64,000 nt of DNA, taken from Candidatus Hadarchaeota archaeon. GTDB lineage: Archaea > CAYQAE01 > CAYVLA01. The notes under the pieces were generated by a model that was not told the origin of the DNA, searched no databases, and was given only the letters and a program-made list of their open reading frames with translations. A program made the position numbers and the translations under genes. Positions 55,928-64,000 of this stretch are shown in pieces; the stretch's first letter is position 1; each line of letters begins with the position of its first letter. The DNA lies in the NCBI GenBank assembly GCA_964621445.1, contig CAZUNO010000003.1, positions 64,001 through 128,000 of the forward strand, written 5' to 3'.

Positions 55928-57487
55928 TTGTTTCAAGGCGTGATTGTCTGGCAGATGAGCGCACTGGACATAATTCTTGCCGCTCTTTGGCTCGTTATCA
56001 TCCTGTTCGTTGCGTTCTACGGTAGTCGGTACTCAAGAGGAACGTGGATGGAATATATCATCGGAGGGAAAAGATTCCCCTGGTGGTACGTGAGCATAGC
56101 TAGTGTCGCTCAGGTCAAGCCCACCACGCCAATTACTACAATTGCTAAGATCTCCCAGTATGGTCTTCTCAGCGTTTTCACGGTTGGCTACCCGTACGGG
56201 GTAGCCCAGATGTATTTCAATACCCGTGTTTACTACCGTACTGGTGCTATCACCAGCAACCAGTGGCTGGATCTCAGGTTCGGGGGAAAGCCGGGTGCAT
56301 TCCTCCGGGGCTACAATGCCCTTCATGCAATGTTTGTCAGCGGACCGATAACTCTTGGAATGACCGCCAAGCTGGTGGGTGAAGCAATGTACCAGCTGGC
56401 CGGAATTAACGACATGGTCTGGTCCGGAATACAACTTTATATTGGTGCCTGGCTCCTTCCGGTTCTAGCCGGTATATGGGGAATCACTTGGACAAGTCTT
56501 CTTCTCTATCCTCTAATTATGGTGATGTACGGTCTTCTGACCTACTTCGCATGGACCACCGCAGGTGGATATCAGGGGATTATGTCATCCTTCCAGGCGT
56601 GGGGTAACCCGTATAACCTACGTATCCTGGGTTTCACCGAGGACTGGCCACTTGGTATGTGGCTAGGAGGATGGGCCTTTGCCCTGATCGGTGGAACTGG
56701 TGCCTACGGCCGTTGGGGTCCCATGAGAGGTTGGGGAGTCCTGGGCGCTAAGAGTGAAGACGACGCGTTGGTCGGTAATACGTTTGGTAAGAGAATACTA
56801 GCCTGGCCAGCTACGCTTATAACAATACCCATGGCATTAGCTACCATGGTTCACTTCCCGGAGATCGCCTTCGAGGAGCTAGCATTTGGTAAGTTAGTCC
56901 GTATCCTGTTGCCATCAGGTCTAATGGGGCTCTTCGTTGGAGTTTGGCTGACTCCGGTACTTATCACCGCTCAAGTAGGTAGAATTTGGCAGGGAGGAAC
57001 CTTCTCTAACGACTTCTATAGAAGGCTGGTTGCTCCTGGAAAATCCGATAGACACTATATCTGGATCACTAGGATATCCCTTCTGGGTTCCAGTGCTCTA
57101 GCTATGATGTATGCCTACTACACCTACCAGGTGGTTCCGGTCATGTTCTGGTGGGCCACTTTGAATGCAGGCCACGCCATAAGCGGGCTAGCCACATGGT
57201 ACTGGTGGAGATGGGGTGGATGGATCGCACTTCTTACCAGTTTGGTCCATTACCCGATCAATATAGTTATCATGAACGTGTTCGAAGGAGCATATCCTGT
57301 ATACACCCTGCAGTGGATCATAATGGTCCTTGCATGGTTCCCAGCGATGCTGCTGGTATGGATACTGCCGCCTTCATCCCCGGATGTATTGATGGATTAC
57401 TACAGGAGGACCCGGCCACCGGGCTTCTGGGGACACATCAAGCTGCAAGTGGAGGAGCTGGAGAGAGCGGCAACCAGCGGACTGTGA
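55928..57487 (+). CDS. Sodium:solute symporter (SSS) family protein
   Basis: EYIIGGKRFPWW, WLDLRFGG, LPSGLMGL, NDFYRR, YYRRTRPPGFWG; about 13 TM segments. Start may be ATG 55955. Confidence 0.85.
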   Translation: MFQGVIVWQMSALDIILAALWLVIILFVAFYGSRYSRGTWMEYIIGGKRFPWWYVSIASVAQVKPTTPITTIAKISQYGLLSVFTVGYPYGVAQMYFNTRVYYRTGAITSNQWLDLRFGGKPGAFLRGYNALHAMFVSGPITLGMTAKLVGEAMYQLAGINDMVWSGIQLYIGAWLLPVLAGIWGITWTSLLLYPLIMVMYGLLTYFAWTTAGGYQGIMSSFQAWGNPYNLRILGFTEDWPLGMWLGGWAFALIGGTGAYGRWGPMRGWGVLGAKSEDDALVGNTFGKRILAWPATLITIPMALATMVHFPEIAFEELAFGKLVRILLPSGLMGLFVGVWLTPVLITAQVGRIWQGGTFSNDFYRRLVAPGKSDRHYIWITRISLLGSSALAMMYAYYTYQVVPVMFWWATLNAGHAISGLATWYWWRWGGWIALLTSLVHYPINIVIMNVFEGAYPVYTLQWIIMVLAWFPAMLLVWILPPSSPDVLMDYYRRTRPPGFWGHIKLQVEELERAATSGL

Positions 57488-57498
57488 GGTGACGAAGG

Positions 57499-57708
57499 AT
57501 GCAGAAATGGATTGCCAGAGATATGGTCTTCGCCCATCTGATCGGGTTTGCAGGGTACTTCCTGGGAACGGGGATCGTCCTATGGCTGGTTACACCGTAT
57601 AAGGCCGTCGGTCAGCTCATGATCCCCTCCAGCTTGATCTTTTTCATCCTTTACGTATGGGATGTCAAGAAGCACGGGATGTGGCCCAGCGCCGAGATTA
57701 TGGGCTAG
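57499..57708 (+). CDS. Small 2-TM protein, possible SSS accessory or split C-terminus
   Basis: GAGGTGA RBS; two hydrophobic helices immediately after the SSS gene. Confidence 0.65.
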   Translation: MQKWIARDMVFAHLIGFAGYFLGTGIVLWLVTPYKAVGQLMIPSSLIFFILYVWDVKKHGMWPSAEIMG

Positions 57709-57769
57709 CCCGTGCCCACCAAATCTTTTTATGGTCGGATAAGACATACGAATGTTCAGGTGAGGACCC

Positions 57770-58069
57770 ATGGCAGCCTTGGAAGTATACGCAATTGAGA
57801 ATATGGAGGACCTGTACATTGTCCAGGTCAAGAACACATTGGCTAGGGCGGTCACCCTCCCTAGGGGCAGTGTAATCAGATTCAGAGCCTTCCACTGGGA
57901 CGGTACGGTAACCGTGGACGAGCTGGAGATCGAGGATGACATCATCATCGGTGCCAGAGACATACACCGGTTCGAGGTCGAAGGAGAAGGCACCTGGGCC
58001 GGTGACAGGGCCGAGATGATCTACGAGACCAAGGAGTTCGGAAAGCAACAGACGGTCTACAGAGTATGA
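57770..58069 (+). CDS. Hypothetical acidic beta-rich protein
   Basis: AGGTGA RBS; 99-aa ORF. Confidence 0.6.
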   Translation: MAALEVYAIENMEDLYIVQVKNTLARAVTLPRGSVIRFRAFHWDGTVTVDELEIEDDIIIGARDIHRFEVEGEGTWAGDRAEMIYETKEFGKQQTVYRV

Positions 58070-58143
58070 AGCCAGCGCCAGAGACCCAACCCGGGGAGAG
58101 CATTAGCTCTGAATATCCAGCACCCATTACTTGACCAGCTGGT

Positions 58144-59247
58144 ATGTCTATGGCTTCCAAGGTGTATAGGTCCGGCGTGGAAAACCTCATTTCCAATCTA
58201 CCCCAGCACCTGGAGACATCCTTTTCCGGTAAACTGGAAAAATCCGATGCCGTAGCTGTGAAGCTACATATGGGCGAACAGGGAAACGCTCGATACATAA
58301 GGCCCTCCATTGTAAGGACCATTACCGATTGGTTGAAATCAAGGGGTGCTGAACCCTTTTTAACCGATTCCACCACCCTCTATCGGCGTGAGAGAGGAAC
58401 TCTTTTCGATTACCTCCGTACGGCGGCTACACACGGCTTCACATCGGAAACAATGGGCTGTCCGGTGCTCATAGCCGATGGCATAAAGAGCACCGGCCGG
58501 GTGGTCAAGGTCGATAGCTCATTAAAGATGGAGAACGTTCCAGTATCCTCAATTATATTCCAGGCCGACGCCATGATATCACTTAGTCACGTCACCCTAC
58601 ACCCCGATGTTATCCCCGCGGCAAGCCTGAAGAACATGGCCATGGGGTGCACCACCAAGGAGGCCAAGATGAAGATGCACGCCTCCGACGCCAAGCCCCA
58701 GTTTATCACCCAGAACTGCACCGGGTGTGGAACCTGCGTCAGGCACTGCCCCGCAGATGCGATCACGCTGGTGGATGGCAAGGCACGCTTCGATCCCGAA
58801 CTCTGTGTTTCCTGTGCCGAGTGCATAGCATTTTGCAACTACGGGGCCATAAAGGTGAACTGGAGCGCCCTGTCCAGGGACGTGTGTCGGGGAGTCCTCG
58901 ATGCCGCGCGCGCCGTTCTTTCAACCTTCCAGCCGGGCAAGGTGGTCTCCATTAACCTTGGTTATGATATAACAGAGGAATGCGATTGCGGCGGGCGGAG
59001 CAGTCCGCCGGTGGTAACGGATTTCGGCGTGCTCTCGGGGTCGGATCCCGTGGCCGTGGACAGGGCCACTGCCGATATGCTAAATACCCAGCCCCTTTAC
59101 CCCGGGGGAGCCATGGAGAAATTCGCCAAGGTGGAAGATAGGATATCCGCCCTCAAGCCCCAGGTAAAATGGATGGATTTCCTGGATCAGGCGGAGGCCT
59201 CCGGACTGGGTTCCCAGGAATACGAGCTTGAATCTCTTTCTCAATAG
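58144..59247 (+). CDS. DUF362 domain protein with 2x[4Fe-4S] insert
   Basis: AVKLHMGEQGN, PFLTDSTTLY, LKNMAMGC, two CxxCxxCxxxC motifs, CDC, DPVAVD. Confidence 0.9.
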   Translation: MSMASKVYRSGVENLISNLPQHLETSFSGKLEKSDAVAVKLHMGEQGNARYIRPSIVRTITDWLKSRGAEPFLTDSTTLYRRERGTLFDYLRTAATHGFTSETMGCPVLIADGIKSTGRVVKVDSSLKMENVPVSSIIFQADAMISLSHVTLHPDVIPAASLKNMAMGCTTKEAKMKMHASDAKPQFITQNCTGCGTCVRHCPADAITLVDGKARFDPELCVSCAECIAFCNYGAIKVNWSALSRDVCRGVLDAARAVLSTFQPGKVVSINLGYDITEECDCGGRSSPPVVTDFGVLSGSDPVAVDRATADMLNTQPLYPGGAMEKFAKVEDRISALKPQVKWMDFLDQAEASGLGSQEYELESLSQ

Positions 59248-59310
59248 ATGACAAACGGACTTGCCGTGCTCGTGCATGGCAGTTATTAGTACCATAGTCC
59301 ATCGTTTTCC

Positions 59311-60804
59311 ATGAACGTAATAGTTGTGATGCTGGACAGCCTGAGAAGGGATCACTTAGGCTGTTTCGGAAACGAATGGATTAACACCCCTTCCTTGGAC
59401 CGGTTCAGTGCCAAGGCTACCATCTTTGACATGGCCTATTCCGAGGGGCTTCCCACGATTCCAGTGAGAACCTCCATGTTCACCGGCCGATATACCCTTC
59501 CCTTTAGAAGGTGGCAGCCTCTGGAAAAGGGGGATGTTGTACTTGCAGAGTACCTCTGGAACAAGGGTTACCGCTCTGGACTGGTTGCCGATACCTATCA
59601 CATGCACAAACCTGAAATGTCATTCGGACGGGGTTTCGATAACGTCCTGTGGGTCCGGGGGCAGGAGACCGACCCCTACATCACGGATGACACCATAGAT
59701 ACCAACGTCGAGAAATTCAGCCCTAAGGACTGGCAGGCAGCATATTCGGGCCAGTCGGACGAGGAGGCCAGGGCAAAACTCGAGCAGTACCTCCGGAACA
59801 CCGCCCACTGGCAGGGTGAGGAGGATCATTTCGTGGCCCAGGTCATGACCACTGCCGGCGACTGGCTGGAGACCCAGGTTGAATCGGGGAGAGACGATGA
59901 GCTCTTCCTATGGGTTGACAGCTTCGATCCCCATGAGCCCTGGGATCCACCCAGTCCCTATGATGGGATGTACCCGGTGGACGAATACGACGGTCGGCCA
60001 ATAATCTGGGCAGGTGGAACCTGCGATGACTGGACTAGGGAGGAACTCAGACACTACAGGGCCCAGTACGCTGGAGAGGTATCCCTGGTCGATACCTGGG
60101 TAGGAAGATTCATGGAAAAGGTGGATTCCCTTGGACTCCTGGACGACACAATGATCGTGGTGCTCTCCGATCATGGAGAGCCACTCGGGGAACACGGGAT
60201 CGTCAAGAAGGTCAGGCCATGGCCCTATGAGGAGCTTTCTCACTTTCCACTGATGATTAGAACCCCCGATGGGGCCGGAATGGAGCCGGAGAGAATTGAC
60301 AAGTTCGTGGGGATGCCCGATATAATGCCCACAATTCTCGACTTCCTTGGTCTCGAGATCCCAGACACGGTGCAGGGAAGGAGCCTCTTCAAGGTGGTTG
60401 ACGGAGAAGCCGAGGACCCAGGGTTCGGCATTAGCGGTCACTACGGACGTTCCTGGAGTGTAAGGGATCTTGAGTGGAGTTTCTACCTCTGGCCGGGTGG
60501 AGAGGCCCCTTACACCTGGGGTATAGGATACCCGGAGCCCACGGAGGGGAAGAAAAGCCCCGAACTCTATAGGATAGACCGGGATTTCGTGCCTTCAGAG
60601 CCCAGGAAATGGGAGCTTGAGGAGGTGGCCGAGGAGGATAATGTGATTGGCCAGAATCTGGAAAGGGCCAGGTCCATGGAACTGGACCTGCGGAGATTTA
60701 TCCAATCCCTTAGGCCGTCCAAAGGTGATGTAATGGCCCAGGAAACCATGAAGACCGAATTGAGGCAGCCCTGGCTTTATGGATTGGTCAAGAAGCAGGA
60801 CTAG
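59311..60804 (+). CDS. Sulfatase/alkaline-phosphatase superfamily hydrolase with Thr at the nucleophile position
   Basis: MLDSLRRDH, LPTIPVRTSMFTG, FDPHEPWDPP, SDHG. Confidence 0.88.
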   Translation: MNVIVVMLDSLRRDHLGCFGNEWINTPSLDRFSAKATIFDMAYSEGLPTIPVRTSMFTGRYTLPFRRWQPLEKGDVVLAEYLWNKGYRSGLVADTYHMHKPEMSFGRGFDNVLWVRGQETDPYITDDTIDTNVEKFSPKDWQAAYSGQSDEEARAKLEQYLRNTAHWQGEEDHFVAQVMTTAGDWLETQVESGRDDELFLWVDSFDPHEPWDPPSPYDGMYPVDEYDGRPIIWAGGTCDDWTREELRHYRAQYAGEVSLVDTWVGRFMEKVDSLGLLDDTMIVVLSDHGEPLGEHGIVKKVRPWPYEELSHFPLMIRTPDGAGMEPERIDKFVGMPDIMPTILDFLGLEIPDTVQGRSLFKVVDGEAEDPGFGISGHYGRSWSVRDLEWSFYLWPGGEAPYTWGIGYPEPTEGKKSPELYRIDRDFVPSEPRKWELEEVAEEDNVIGQNLERARSMELDLRRFIQSLRPSKGDVMAQETMKTELRQPWLYGLVKKQD

Positions 60805-61622
60805 GGAGCTCTAAAATCCCTCTTAACCTCTTCCAGGCTATCCCCGGCTATCTCGTAATCCCATCCACCTAGGCCGGCCTCTACTGCCATTGATATATGC
60901 TTGATCTTCCGGGGGTCAAAGCCCATTGCCCTGGACCCCACTATATCGGTGGCCACCACATCCCTTCCGGCCAAAACCAGGCCCATGTCCACCGGGGTGC
61001 CGTCGGCTGGTCCCTCTCCCTCCATGGCCACCAGGCCATCAATAACTACCAGTGAGGGAGAGATCGCGCTATTGATGTCCAGAATGACATTTTCTATTCC
61101 CCTCATGTGATACCTGAACTTCCACTTGTTGGGCATCAGGCCGAACAGGTTCTTCATGCCCAGGGTGACCAGGGTCGTCTTGTGGGTTTTCAGTTTGGCG
61201 GCGTCCACTATATGGCTCTCGGCGACTATTCTGGGTATGCTTACGGATTCGAAAGTGTTATTGGTCGGGCACTCCAGCTCCACCCTTTCCTTTTCCCTCT
61301 TCAGATTCTTGAAAGGCACATCATGCCTCTCACATACCTCTAGCATGCCGGTCACCTCCGCCGCCTCGTCGGCATCGGTCATGTTGGCATCGCTCTCAAT
61401 TACCGCTATATCGCGATTTACCTCCCCTATCATTTCTATCAGGGTCTCGACAACCAGGGGGTCGGTCGTGGCTCCCGTCTCCCAGGTTTCCGTTGCAATG
61501 AAATTTACCTTGATTAGAACCGGTTTTTCGGTTAGATGCCCCACGCCACCGGAAAGGTCCACTGCACGCCGGACCGTGTCACCACATCTCTCACCCTTAC
61601 TTATACCCACCTTGGGAATCAT
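60801..61622 (-). CDS. DUF362 domain protein
   Basis: VLIKVNF, ATTDP, KLKTH..T.VTLGMKNLFG, IDGLVAMEGEGP, DVVATD. Confidence 0.9.
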   Translation of the reverse strand: MIPKVGISKGERCGDTVRRAVDLSGGVGHLTEKPVLIKVNFIATETWETGATTDPLVVETLIEMIGEVNRDIAVIESDANMTDADEAAEVTGMLEVCERHDVPFKNLKREKERVELECPTNNTFESVSIPRIVAESHIVDAAKLKTHKTTLVTLGMKNLFGLMPNKWKFRYHMRGIENVILDINSAISPSLVVIDGLVAMEGEGPADGTPVDMGLVLAGRDVVATDIVGSRAMGFDPRKIKHISMAVEAGLGGWDYEIAGDSLEEVKRDFRAP

Positions 61623-61739
61623 CGGATGAAGTTAGGTTACCCGGTCTTATATTGGATTCCAGGAGGAACTTCCAGCGTCACCCAGCCGTCAACGGGGGCA
61701 GGAGAACATAATTATGCACATCCCATCACCCTGGAGATA

Positions 61740-64000
61740 ATGGGACTGCTACATCTATACCGGCAACCCGGCCTTAGCCCGTCCCAGGAGGAAAGCCTCC
61801 TGGACCAGATCAACCAAGAACTCGACCGGGATGTACCATCCCTAGAGACGGAATATTGCTACAATATAGAGCTACAGGACCGTTTATCAGAAGATCAGCA
61901 GCAGGCCTTGAACTGGTTGCTTGCCGAGACATTCAATCCAGGTGGGCTGAGGCGAACTAGCCTCCTGGAGGATGAGGAAAATGTGATAGAGGTGGGACCG
62001 CGAATGAACTTCACGACTGCCTGGTCCACCAACGCTGTGTCCATCTGCCATGCCTGCGGGATCAAAGATATCCAGAGGATCGAGCGCTCGAGACGATATC
62101 TGCTTGAGCTTGATCCACCACTACGAAGAGAGGAGAAGGAAACGATCCTTCCACTTCTCCACGACCGGATGACCGAATGCCACTACCCGCAACCGCTGGA
62201 GACCTTTGAGACCGGCGTTTCACCTAAACCGGTCAGGAGGGTTCCGGTTATTCAGGAGGGGAAGGAAGCGCTTCGACGGATCAACCAGGAGCTCGGGTTG
62301 GCCTTCGACGACTGGGATATCGACTACTATTACCGCCTATTCGCCAAGTACATGGGACGTAACCCCACCGATGTGGAGTGCTTCGACGTAGCCCAATCCA
62401 ACAGCGAGCACTCCCGACACTGGTTCTTCAAGGGAAGGCTGAGTATCGATGGCCAGGAAATGGATAAATCGCTCCTCGATCTAGTCAGGCGAACCCTGAA
62501 GGAAAATCCTTCTAACAGCCTCATAGCCTACCAGGACAACTCCAGTGCCATATCGGGCTTCAAGGTAAGGACCCTTACCCCTAGGGAGCCCGGCCTTCCC
62601 AGCCCCTTTTCGGAGTGCACACCGGAATACAATCCCATATTCACGGCTGAAACCCATAACTTCCCCAGCGGGGTGGCCCCCTTCCCGGGAGCGGAGACCG
62701 GGACCGGGGGGAGAATTCGCGACGTGCACGCAACGGGAAAGGGAGCCCTGGTGGTGGCGGGGACGGCGGCCTACTGCGTTGGAAACCTCCGGGTGCCTGG
62801 CCATCATTTGCCCTGGGAGGACCTGAACTACGATTATCCAGGGGACCTTGCCCAGCCCCTTGAAATAGAGATCGAGGCCAGCAATGGTGCATCGGACTAT
62901 GGGAACAAGTTCGGGGAACCGATAATACAGGGTTATACCAGGTCCTTCGGCCTCACCCTACCAGATGGGAGTCGAAGGGAATGGATAAAACCCATCATGT
63001 TCACCGGAGGGGTAGGACAGCTTGAATCCGGACACGTGGATAAGGGGGACCCGGAGGGCGGGATGCTGATAGTCAAGATCGGGGGACCTGCCTACCGTAT
63101 AGGGATGGGTGGAGGAGCGGCATCTAGCATGATTCACGGCGAGAACGTGGCAGCGCTAGATTTCAACGCCGTTCAGAGGGGGGATGCCGAGATGGAACAA
63201 AAAGTTAACCGGGTAATCCGTGCCTGCGTCGAGCTGGGCCAGGAAAACCCCATCATCAGCATTCATGACCAGGGGGCAGGCGGGAACTGTAATGTGGTGA
63301 AGGAGATAGTTCACCCCGCCGGGGGTAGGGTCGAGATAAGGGACATACTGGTCGGCGATGACACCCTTTCGGTTCTTGAGATATGGGGAGCGGAATACCA
63401 GGAAAACGATGCCATACTCCTTGACCCCCATCAGCTGGAGTTCTTTTCGGAGCTGTGTTCCAGGGAAAAGGTCCCATTCAGCGTTATCGGAAGGGTGACC
63501 GACGATGGAAGGATGGTGGTTCATGATAGAGTAAATCAAACCACCCCCGTCGACCTGGACCTGGAGAAGGTTCTGGGCGAGATGCCGAGAAAGGAATTCC
63601 GTCTAAGATCGCATGAGGAGGATCGGGAAGCCCTGCAACTACCCCCGGATCTGTCGGTCAGGAATGCCCTGAGAAGGGTTCTTAGAGTGCTATCCGTGGG
63701 ATCTAAACGCTTTCTGACCAACAAGGTTGATAGAAGCGTCACCGGGCTCATAGCCCAGCAGCAGTGCGCCGGTCCCTTGCACCTGACGGTCTCCGATGTG
63801 GCGGTAGTTGCCCAGAGCCATTTTGGCCACACGGGAACGGCCATCTCCATCGGGGAACAGCCGATAAAGGGACTGATCGACCCCCCTGCCATGGCCCGTT
63901 TATCCCTGGGGGAGGCCCTGACAAATATCGTCTGGGCCCAGACCACGGGGCTCGAGGACGTTAAGTGCTCTGCCAACTGGATGTGGGCGCCCAAGCTGGA
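61740..64000 (+). CDS. purL: Large single-chain phosphoribosylformylglycinamidine synthase (runs off right edge; not in ORF track)
   Basis: Manual translation: MGLLHLYRQPGL...ETEYCYNIE...EVGPRMNFTTAWSTNAVSIC...HDRMTEC...AQSNSEHSRHWFF...AETHNFP...KRFLTNKVDRSVTGL...KCSANWMWAPKL. First and last codons share the same frame. Confidence 0.93.
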   Translation, partial: MGLLHLYRQPGLSPSQEESLLDQINQELDRDVPSLETEYCYNIELQDRLSEDQQQALNWLLAETFNPGGLRRTSLLEDEENVIEVGPRMNFTTAWSTNAVSICHACGIKDIQRIERSRRYLLELDPPLRREEKETILPLLHDRMTECHYPQPLETFETGVSPKPVRRVPVIQEGKEALRRINQELGLAFDDWDIDYYYRLFAKYMGRNPTDVECFDVAQSNSEHSRHWFFKGRLSIDGQEMDKSLLDLVRRTLKENPSNSLIAYQDNSSAISGFKVRTLTPREPGLPSPFSECTPEYNPIFTAETHNFPSGVAPFPGAETGTGGRIRDVHATGKGALVVAGTAAYCVGNLRVPGHHLPWEDLNYDYPGDLAQPLEIEIEASNGASDYGNKFGEPIIQGYTRSFGLTLPDGSRREWIKPIMFTGGVGQLESGHVDKGDPEGGMLIVKIGGPAYRIGMGGGAASSMIHGENVAALDFNAVQRGDAEMEQKVNRVIRACVELGQENPIISIHDQGAGGNCNVVKEIVHPAGGRVEIRDILVGDDTLSVLEIWGAEYQENDAILLDPHQLEFFSELCSREKVPFSVIGRVTDDGRMVVHDRVNQTTPVDLDLEKVLGEMPRKEFRLRSHEEDREALQLPPDLSVRNALRRVLRVLSVGSKRFLTNKVDRSVTGLIAQQQCAGPLHLTVSDVAVVAQSHFGHTGTAISIGEQPIKGLIDPPAMARLSLGEALTNIVWAQTTGLEDVKCSANWMWAPKL

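Noticed and set aside
62206-63994. Short ORFs listed at the right end of the window
   Set aside because: All lie inside the purL frame, which the track missed because it has no stop codon within the window.
1-64000. CRISPR arrays, tRNAs, IS elements, defence systems
   Set aside because: None recognised by eye; almost all sequence is accounted for by coding genes and short promoter gaps.

Overview
A compact, gene-dense archaeal genomic window (TATA/BRE promoters, ATGA-type gene overlaps, archaeal-type FEN1, RNase HII, TopA, Lsm, beta-CASP). It probably comes from an anaerobe; the lineage cannot be fixed from sequence alone. Left to right it holds: the 5' part of an Ehb energy-converting hydrogenase operon (ehbA-K, minus strand, runs off the left edge), larB, a CDP-alcohol phosphatidyltransferase, a solitary 5S rRNA gene, a porGDAB 2-oxoacid:ferredoxin oxidoreductase operon, a core methionine synthase, purF-purD, nucleases, ABC exporters, sugar/sulfate catabolic genes, an unusual PEP carboxykinase, a MacB/FtsX-type ABC operon, topA-Lsm, an SSS/DUF362/sulfatase cluster, and a large single-chain PurL running off the right edge. 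The most striking observation is in the 5S rRNA gene. It has a 24-nt insertion in loop C bounded by a strict bulge-helix-bulge (BHB) motif, and cutting it at the canonical positions restores the 13-nt loop C exactly, so it looks like a spliceable 5S rRNA intron. The whole 5S is also enclosed by a second strict BHB. The second highlight is an 8-gene FtsX/MacB-type ABC operon with microproteins, in which both the ATPase and a membrane zinc-finger protein end in Cdc48 N-domain (subdomain 2)-like modules. No tRNA, CRISPR array or mobile element was seen.
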